Source of the DNA: Parvularia atlantis
Taxonomy: Eukaryota
NCBI GenBank assembly: GCA_943704415.1
Contig: CALSCO010000133.1
Location: forward strand, 45,282-65,281
DNA: 20,000 bases
Reading direction: 5' to 3'
Shown here: piece after piece, positions 9,401 to 17,710 of the stretch
How positions within the stretch are numbered: position 1 is the stretch's first letter
Layout: every line of letters starts with the position of its first letter
Position numbers and translations under genes: made by a program
The notes under the pieces: generated by a model
Seen by the model: the letters and a program-made list of their open reading frames with translations, nothing else
Databases searched by the model: none
What the model was told of the DNA's origin: nothing

Positions 9401-12400
9401 GGCGACGCACGAGCTGCTCGCGCCCAGCCACGTGCGTGCGCCCGACACTGTCACATGCCCGGGCTGACGCGCGCGCGCGCGCGTGCAGGACATCGCCTCG
9501 GCAGCGCTGTTCCGGCTGGCCACGGCGAGCGATACGGACAAGCCAGGCGCGGCGGCTGTGCACGAGCTGCAGACGGTTTGGGGTGCGCTGGCGTCGTCGG
9601 TCGCGGATTTGCCGGAGGCTGTGTGGCAGCCGTGGCTGGCGTCGCTCGCGCAGCGCGTCGTGTCGCACCCGTCCAGGTGAGCGCCGCAGCGGGCCAGTCG
9701 GTCCGCGTGGCTGACCAAGCTGCGCACGCAGTGTCGTTGCACGGCTGCGCGTCGTCGATCTGGCCGTCAAGGGGCTGCAGAGTGCGTGCGGCGCTCAGCT
9801 CCTGCGGCGGCTCGTGACTGGTCTCGCTGACACCGTCGTGGCGGCACCCGGTGCGTGTGCAAGGTCGGTGAAGCTCGTTATGCTGACACAGCGCGCAGAC
9901 AATGACACGCTGCTGGTGCAGTTCCGCGACTTTGCCTTCCTGCCTGGCGTGCTCTTCCCGGCGTACGCCGCGGGCCCTGCGGCCGACCAGTCGCTTCTCG
10001 CGTCGACGGTCGTGGTGGGGCCGATTGAAGACCCGGCCGTGCCGCTGCACACGCTGCTCGCCCTCGGCGTGCTCGCGCGTCACGGCGGCGCCGTGCTCTC
10101 GTCGGCGGACGCGGTCGAGGCGTGTGCGACGGTTGTACAGGCGCTCGTGCTGCACCTGGCGCGCAGCGACAGCCGGCTCGACCGCACACTCGAGCACGCC
10201 GTTTTGGGCATGGACGAGCACACGGACGCGGCGGCGCATCTGTGGAAGGCGCTGCTGGCGGGTCTGCAGCCAGCCGTCGCGGTCGAGGTGCTCGCAGGCG
10301 CTCTGCGCGGCGCTGAGGCTGCGACCGATGCGAGCGGCTCGGCGCGACTTGTGCACGAGCTTGTGCGGCGCTCGCTGCGCACCCTGCACGCGGCCAAGAC
10401 GACTGCCTTCGCGCCCGGCGCCGTGCCGGCGCAGCTCGTGCTGCACTCGACCGTGAGTGCCATCTGCGGTGTCGCCGCGCGGCTCGACGCACTTGCGCCT
10501 GTGCTCAGCGATGGTGCGCGCACACATCGCTCGTATGGCGGCCTCTGGTTGAACTGACGCTGCGTGCGACAGTGCCGTTCGAAGCGCGCATCGCGGCTGT
10601 CGCCGCGTGGGTGCCACATCTGAGCCTTGCGGACGGCGAGCGGGCCAAGCGCGTGACGGCCGAGGCGATCGCGGTGCTGCGCCAGCTGCCGCCTGAGCAG
10701 GCGTTTGGCGCGCAAGGCGTGGGCCGCATTGAGGGTGCGTTATGCGGATCCCGGCTGCACGTGCTGTTCTCACGTGCGAACGCAAAGCCTGGAAGCGGCT
10801 CGCGCTGCTGCACGCGAGCATGAGCATAGTGCCCGAGCCCGTCGTCGCGCTCGACGCGCACATGGCCCTGTACGCGACAAACACGGGCGAGCACCTGCGA
10901 GGGCGCGAGCGGGCCGTTCAGGCCGAGGCACGCCTCCGCTTGCGCTTGCAACTACTGAGCGCTGACCCGGGGGCCTGCAGGCCGCGGGCATCCTCGCCAA
11001 GCTGCTCGCGTACCTGCCGATGCCGGTCTGGGCCGGCGAGGGCGCGCCATCGCTCCGCACGCGCTGGGACTTTGTCATGGCGCGCCTCACGTCGTGGCTC
11101 TCGGTGCGCGCTCGTGCGGGTGTCCCCATGTGACGCCATTTGATCGGGCGCGCAAGGACGCGCCGCTGTCGGCCGAGACGCTGCTGTTGTGGCACGCCGC
11201 GTTTCGCGTGCTGCAGGAGATCGCGGTCATGTTCCGCGAGGAGGCCGAGCTCGTGGGCACGGCGCCGCTGCCGCTGTCGGTCGCGTCGCTGCTGCGCGAC
11301 TGGAACTCGTGCCGGGCCGCGCTCTTCGGCCCGGTCATGCAGGTATACCTCGCCAACGCCCGTGAGCGCCGCAGCGCACGCGCTCGCTGGCTGCCGAGGT
11401 TGACGGCTGCGTCACACGCGTGTGTACAGAGCTCAGCCGGATGCCGGCCGGGCGACGCCTGCTGCGGGTCGCCGCGCGGCTGCTGCCCGAGTGCACCGAG
11501 GCGCTCGTGGTGCCGGACCAGCAGCGCATCGTCGAGACGCTGCAGACGGTGCGCGCCCGACCTCCTTCGCGCGTGCCGTCTTGACACGCCGCGCGCGCGA
11601 CGTAGTACCTGCGCTGTCTGCGCGGTGACTTTGACGCGGTCCAGCGCGGCGCGTACAGCCTGATCCAGCGCGCGATGCAGATCCAGGCGCAGACGCTGTC
11701 GCTCGCGGAGGAGAACACGCCAGGTGCGGTTTTTGTGCTAAGCGCGTGGGCCCTGACGTGCCACCGATGCGCCAGACGCGCCCGTCGAAGCCGAGCAGCC
11801 CGCGTCGCCCGAGCACTGGAAGCACGCGCTCGGAGACGTGCTCGCGCTCGTGCTGCAGACGGTGCGCCTGCGCATGCGCGTGCGTGTGCGGAAGGCTCAC
11901 GCCCTGTGTCAGGTGCTGGACGTGCGCCGGCTCGACATGCAAGAGTCGCTGCGGACAGACGGCACCGAGCGCGACACGGTGCGCCGCCGTGCTGGTCGCT
12001 GCGACGCGCTGACGGGCGCTCAGGCGCACCACTACCTGCTCGCGTACCTGCTCGGGTGGCTGCTCGTGCTCGACCACCTCGACGCTGAGGTATGCTGGCG
12101 CTGGCGCAGCGCGTGTTGCGGCTGACCGTGCGGCGTGCGACAGAACACGCGCCTGCGGCTGCAGCACGTCGCGTTTCTGCAGCGCATGGACGGCCGGCCA
12201 CTGGACGAGCTCATGCTCGTGCTCGCCGAGCTGCTCAACTTGCACGACGTGCCGTTCGCGCCCCGGCAGCCGCTGCACCGGGTCCCGCTTGGCGGTGCGT
12301 ACGCGGTCACATAGGGCAGGTCGCTGGCTCACGCTCGTACGCCCCGCAGGCTGGGACGCGAGCGACGTGGACCTGTCACGTGCGTTTGCGCAGCTCGCGG

Positions 12401-13398
12401 CGCACGTGCTGTGGCGCTTCTGTGCGTGCTGGCACTTGCGCGCGCTGGTGCGATGGCTCACACACCCTTGCGCAGTGCGCGGCATGCCCGCCTTCGTTCG
12501 TGACTGGTGGTCCGACTGCACCGACCGCAAGCTCAAGCAGACGCTCGAAAAGTGCGGGCCATGCACGCGCTCGGGGTGAGTGGGTGCTGACGCGGCGCGC
12601 GCGCACAGGTACGTCGAGACGCACTTCACGTCGTCGATCGTCGCGACACACGTCGCCGCCGTCACGCAGGGCAACGGTAAGGCGTCCGACAACATGGTCA
12701 TCAAGGCTAGCACGGCGGGCAAGCAGGTGGGCGTACGGCATGCTCGCGCCTGCCATGTGCTGATGTGCGCGCGCGCACGCGCGCGCCCCAGGTCACGGCC
12801 GTGTACAAGATCGAGGAGATGTCGATGGAGATGGCGATCCGCTTCCCTCCGTCGTTCCCGCTGCGGCCGGCGACGGTGCGCGCTGTGCTTGCTCGCCGTG
12901 CCTCGCGTGCTGACCGTCGCGGCAGGTCGAGAGCGGCACGCGCGTGGGCGTGTCCGAGTCGCAGTGGCGCCGCTGGCTGCTGTCGATGACGACGGTGATC
13001 GCGTCGCAGGTGCGCACGGCGGCCGCCTGCAATGCACCGCCTGAGACGCGCGCCCGCAGAACGGGACCATCCTCGAGGCGCTGCAAATGTGGAAGCAGGA
13101 CGCCGACAAGATGTTTGAGGGTATCGAGGAGTGCGCGATCTGCTACTGCGTGCGTCCCGCGCACACGCACGCAGAGGCACCGGCTGAGGCCGCGTATGCC
13201 GTCGCAGGTCATCAGCACGCTCGATCGCTCGCTGCCCAAGGTCGCCTGCAAGACGTGCAAGCACAAGTTCCACGCCGTCTGCCTGGTTCGCGGGCTCAGC
13301 ATTCCTGCCATCGCACTGACTGCCCCGGCCCGTCGCAGTACAAGTGGTTCAAGAGCAGCAGCCAGTCGACGTGCCCGCTCTGCCGCAACCTCTTTTAG
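6421..13398 (+). CDS. LTN1: E3 ubiquitin ligase listerin (RQC), about 35 introns, roughly 1,650-1,700 aa
   Basis: N-terminal SSAKAADLL...VSF, LVLRKLSKRDVTTKIKAL, YAKLALDNDRRVR, IAPHLKTLMPWW, AAFEQAFP. HEAT-like body. RWD region (MPAFVRDWW, VTAVYKIEEMSMEMAIRFPPSFPLRP, GVSESQWRRW). C-terminal RING FEGIEECAICYCVI...[37 protein letters not shown]. A continuous frame is recovered with canonical short introns plus one GC-AG intron (10928-10980). Confidence 0.93.
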
Positions 13399-13412
13399 CG
13401 CGGGCAGGTGCT

Positions 13413-16293
13413 TCATATTTGCATGTGCACATTGGTTAGAAAGTCAAAGAGCGGAGCGGCGGCGGCGGCGCGGTGCACGTGCGCCGGCGTGAGGCAGAGG
13501 CGCTTGCGCCTCGCGTCAGGGGCGTCCCTGTGCTGCTCGTGCAGGGTCGCGATGCTCGCGCGCACGAGGTCGCGCAGGAACTGGCGCGACACGGCCCACG
13601 CTGCGGCCGCCGCATCGGGTGCCATCTGCCCGTGCTCGCCGCCGATGCCGACCGCTGCAACGCTGTGCCGCACGAGCGCCTCGCCCTGCGGGTCACGTTG
13701 CAGCACGCCGTTGGGCACGGCCGTGTCGTGATGGTGGCCGTTCGCCGCCGGCTGCCGTGAGCGCGCCGCGTCCAGAAGGCGGCTCAGCGGTGTGTACGTG
13801 CTCCACTCGTCGGTCACTGCGGCCGAAGTCAGGCCCCATGCACGCGCGGCATCGGCAGGCAGCACGCACGCAGCCGCGCCCGCTTGGCTGGCGGCGAGGT
13901 CAGGTCGGCGGGCACGGTCGTCTCGGCCGGCGCGAAGCGGCAGCGCGTCGCCGGGTGCGTAGAGTCGCCGCAGCGCTTGCAGGCAGCGATCGGGGCCGGT
14001 TTGGCGTCGCGCGGCTGCGGCTGTGTCGGCGGCAGCGGCTGGTACTGCAGGCCCTCGGCGGGCGTGGCGCCCGTTGCGCGGCACCATCGCATGACCGCGA
14101 GCGTCGTCAGCTGATCGATGTCGGACGACAGCAGCGGCGTCCCTGCAGCGCGAGCGCAGCGGTCAGATCGCAGAGCACGGCGGCCGTGTTGTCGCGCGCA
14201 CCCTCGACCGGCACGTCGTCGACGCGCTTGAACGCGCGCCAGTGCGTCTTGACGAACGCGAGCATCTGCGCAGCGCGCCGGTACTGCGTGCACGTCCGCG
14301 TGTCAGCCGACGCGACAGGGCGATCGCGCCGCGCACCTCGATCGCCTTGCGCCGCCCGTAGCTGCACTGCGCAAACCGCTCGAGCGACGGCAGCAAGCTG
14401 TACTCGGGCGGCGGCCCGGGCTCCTCGGGGCGCCCGGCGAGCGGGAACACGCGCGCCGTGTGCTCAAACAGCACGTCCGGCATCGGTTTACGCGACGCGA
14501 GCAGCGCAGCTGGCCACGGCTCGCTCGGGTCAAACCGTCTCGCGCGGCCGGGAACGCTCGGTGGCGCCGGTGCAGGGGCAGCAGGCGCCGCCCCGCTACT
14601 CTCGCTGGGCTTGTCAGGCGCGGGAGCGGCGACAGGCACCGCTGCAAGCATCGCCCGGTCGAGCTCGACCTCGTACAGCTTCTCGGCCCCGAGCACCTCG
14701 CGACCTGAGCCATTGGCGTCCAGCTGCAAGCAGTCAGAAGGGCACGGCCGTGCGTGTGCGCGCGACGGCACCTTGAGCATGTGGATAATGTCGACCGGCT
14801 TGTTGCGCTTCGGGTCGGCAAAGTGCAGCTGCACGCGCACGGGAAACTCGCCCCAGCCGAGGCGGCGCAGCGAGAACGGCGGCGCGATCACGTCGACCAT
14901 GTCGTTCGGCGCGTACGACGGATGAAGGTAGAAGCGGACCTTCTTGACGTACGTGGCGATGTCAATGTCCTGTGCGGCGACGCGTTAGTCGACAGGCGCG
15001 TGCCCGGGCATGTGCGCGGCGCACATTCGACAGCCCGCAGACGTAGACCGTCCACTTGTGCGTGGCCGACTGCGTGCGCCGCTCTGCCGCGTCGCGTCAG
15101 CCAGCAGGATGGCGACGCGTCGACCGCGCACCGGGCGGGATGAAGCGCGACGTGTTGCCCACGATCACGTTCTTCGTCATGTAGAAGCGCGACCCGCCGG
15201 CCAGCCGTGCGTCGCTCGACAGGGGCCGGGACACAACCGGCGCTGGCGGCGGCGCGGGTGCGGGCGCAGTCGGTGCTGGCTCGCCTGTCGGCACCGGGGC
15301 GATGCTCGGCCGCCGGCTGCACGCCGCGCGCGCGTGAGCAGCACAGCGACGTTGCGCGCGCAGCAGCACGCACGCGCTCGACATGGCGTGCGCCAGCTTG
15401 GACCCGCGCTGGCCCGTGGCCTCGCCGTCGGTGTCGCTGCCGCTGTCGGCGTCGGAGCTGCCGGCGCTGCCGGCGCTGCTCAGTTCGACGTCTTCGTCAA
15501 ACACCTTAATCGACGCCTGCAATGGCCGGACAGCCGTGAGCGCGCGTGCATGGCACGGTGGGTCACGCACGCGCTGGCGGATCTCAGACATGAGCGTGTC
15601 GAGCTCCTCCTTGTTCTTCTGCACGGCCGATCTGCAGTTGCGGCTCAGTGTACGGCACTCAGGCAGGGCAGAGACGCACAGGTACGCGCTGTCGGTCGAT
15701 GCGGCGAGCTCGTCGGCGGTCAGCTCGATGAACGCGAGCGGCTCGTCGCGGCATGGGTCGTCGGGCGGGACCTCGTTCTCGGGCTGCGCGCCCGCGCGCG
15801 CACGCGCGTGTTCAGCCGCACAAGCACGTATGCACTGCACGCACCACGGGCACGCCGCACACGTGCGCCATCTGCGACACGGACGAGAACACGCGGTGGT
15901 GCGCGACGCGGCAATGGATGCGCATGCCGGCGACCGAGGCAAAGTCCGTGCGCTGGCACTGCGGGCACACCCATCTGCATGCCCGTCGCGCGCCGTGAGC
16001 ATCGTCCACACGGCACACGCGGCACGCGCGCACTTGATGAACACGCCCGTGCTCAGCAGGCCGTAGAGCACGTCGGGCGGCTGCGATCGCGTCGGCGCGC
16101 TCTCGCCCTGCGCCGGCACCGCGCCCGTGTCCGGCGTCTGCAGGATCGCATCGGCCAGCCGCTCGCGCAGCTCCTGGGCGTGCGCCAAGCGCGTCTTGAT
16201 CGTGTGCAGCTCGCGCCGGCGCAGCAGCAGCTCGAGATCGAAGTGGAACGCGATGAGCGCCGCCAGCTGGTCCGTACGCACACTTGACATCAT
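13413..16293 (-). CDS. YEATS2: YEATS2-like chromatin protein (N-terminal coiled coil, Ahc1-type C2H2 finger, YEATS domain, CCHC motif, C-terminal histone-fold-like region), about 12 exons
   Basis: HFDLELLLRRRELHTIKTRL; VFIKWVCPQCQRTDFASVAGMRIHCRVAH...CG; YEATS domain [90 protein letters not shown]...VLGAE; C-terminal QFLRDLVRAS...LTPAHVHRA...FDFLTN. Start is ambiguous (16290, 16293 or 16323). Confidence 0.85.
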
Positions 16294-16321
16294 CGACTCT
16301 CGAATGTCACTATCGGGACGC

Positions 16322-17602
16322 ATGGTCGCGCGCTTGTGGCCGGCGCTCGTCGGCTTCGCGGCCGGCGCGGGCGCGACGTACGCTGCGGTCGTGCTCGGGC
16401 GTGTGCCGGCGCCAATGCCGAAGCCCACATCGGCACCGTCTGCACCACCAGCAACGGCAGCAACGGCAGCAAGACCCGTCGCCGTCGCGCCGCCCGTGAT
16501 GCTCACGGACGATGCGCGCCAGATCGTCAAGTACGGCTTCCCGAGTGCGTGCGGCCGCCCGACCACTTCTAGTGCTGCTGCTGCTGCTGCGCCGGTGGCT
16601 GATCGCGACGTCGCGCAGGCACCGACAACATCATCGTGCGCGAGGGCTACGTGCTCGCGTACGACCGCCGCACGCGCAACGCGCACTGGACGCTCGAGCA
16701 CCTCACGGCCGACAAGCTCAAGGCGCGCCTGTGTTCGGGCAACTACGATCCATGCGCAGGCACTGACGATGCGCGCCGCGCACTGCAGGGCGGGGCCACG
16801 CGCACCGACTCGCAGTTCCGCGAGGACCCCGGGCAGCCGGCGATGTTCCGCGCGCGCCTCGCCGACTACGCCGGCAGCGGCTTCGACCGCGGGCACCTCG
16901 TGCCGGCGGGCGACAACAAGACATCGCAGAAGGGTGCGTGCGCGCGCATGTGTGTGTGTGCGTGTGTGTGCTGCGTGCACGTGCTAACGGGTCGCGTGCG
17001 CGCGCCAGCCATGGACGACACGTTCTTCCTGACCAACATCAGCCCGCAGGTCGGCGCCGGCTTCAACCGAAACTATTGGTGCCGCGCGTGCCGCGAGCCT
17101 GCGGTCCGTGCCTGACGCGGGGGTGTAGGGCACGCTTCGAGCAGTTTGTGCGCAACCTGACGCGCGACTACGCCGACGTGTACGTCGCCACGGGCCCGCT
17201 CTACCTGCCGCGGCGCGAGGCCGACGGCAAGCACTACGTGCGCTTCCAGGTGATCGGCGAGCCGCCCAACGTGGCTGTGCCGACGCACTTCTACAAGGTC
17301 GTTCTGGCCGAGCGCGGCGGGCAGCGCTACGCGGCCGGTGTGCGCCTTGAGCGTACTTGGCGCGCTCGTGCTCAGTCGCGCGCGCGCGCGCAGCTTTCGT
17401 CATGCCCAACGCCCTGATCGACGACGGCGCGCCGCTGCAGAGCTTCGAGGTGCCCGTCGAGCAGGTGGAGCGGAGTGCGGGCCTCGTCTTCTTCGGCATG
17501 CTCGACCGGGCGGGCCTGGAGCCGCTGTGTAAGACGGGCGCATGCATGCTGCCGTCGCCGGACTTTTACAAGGCCGACAAGGCGTCGCGCGCCAAGATGT
17601 GA
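16322..17602 (+). CDS. ENDOG: Mitochondrial DNA/RNA non-specific endonuclease (EndoG/NUC1), 6 exons
   Basis: N-terminal hydrophobic targeting segment; KYGFP, GYVLAYDRRTRNAHWTLEHLT, FRED, DYAGSGFDRGHLVPAGD, MDDTFFLTNISPQVGAGFNRNYWARFE, VYVATGPLYLP, VIGEPPNVAVPTHFYKV, AFVMPN, VERSAGLVFF. Alternative start at 16304. Confidence 0.93.
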
Positions 17603-17643
17603 CCGTGAGCATGCTCACGTGAGCGCGCCAAGATGTGACCGTG
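17587..17643. repeat. 21-nt direct repeat (17587-17607 and 17623-17643) with overlapping palindromes in the spacer
   Basis: GCGCGCCAAGATGTGACCGTG occurs twice. CGTGAGCATGCTCACG (17604-17619) and GCTCACGTGAGC (17613-17624) are perfect palindromes. Confidence 0.9.
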
Positions 17644-17710
17644 CTCATGAGATTGCCTTTGCACGCGTGAGCGCGACATGAGATGAAAGATGGTGGTGTG
17701 CATGAAGGGG

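Noticed and set aside
6421..13398. Apparent frameshifts and stops suggesting pseudogenes or an alternative genetic code
   Set aside because: All are resolved by short GT-AG or GC-AG introns under the standard code. TAG, TGA and TAA all serve as terminal stops in the window.
869..17602. Two His-Me-finger nucleases as a defence system
   Set aside because: They are 14 kb apart among housekeeping genes, and EndoG is a standard mitochondrial enzyme.
17587..17643. CRISPR-like repeat-spacer-repeat
   Set aside because: Only two copies with a 15-nt spacer, eukaryotic context and no cas genes.
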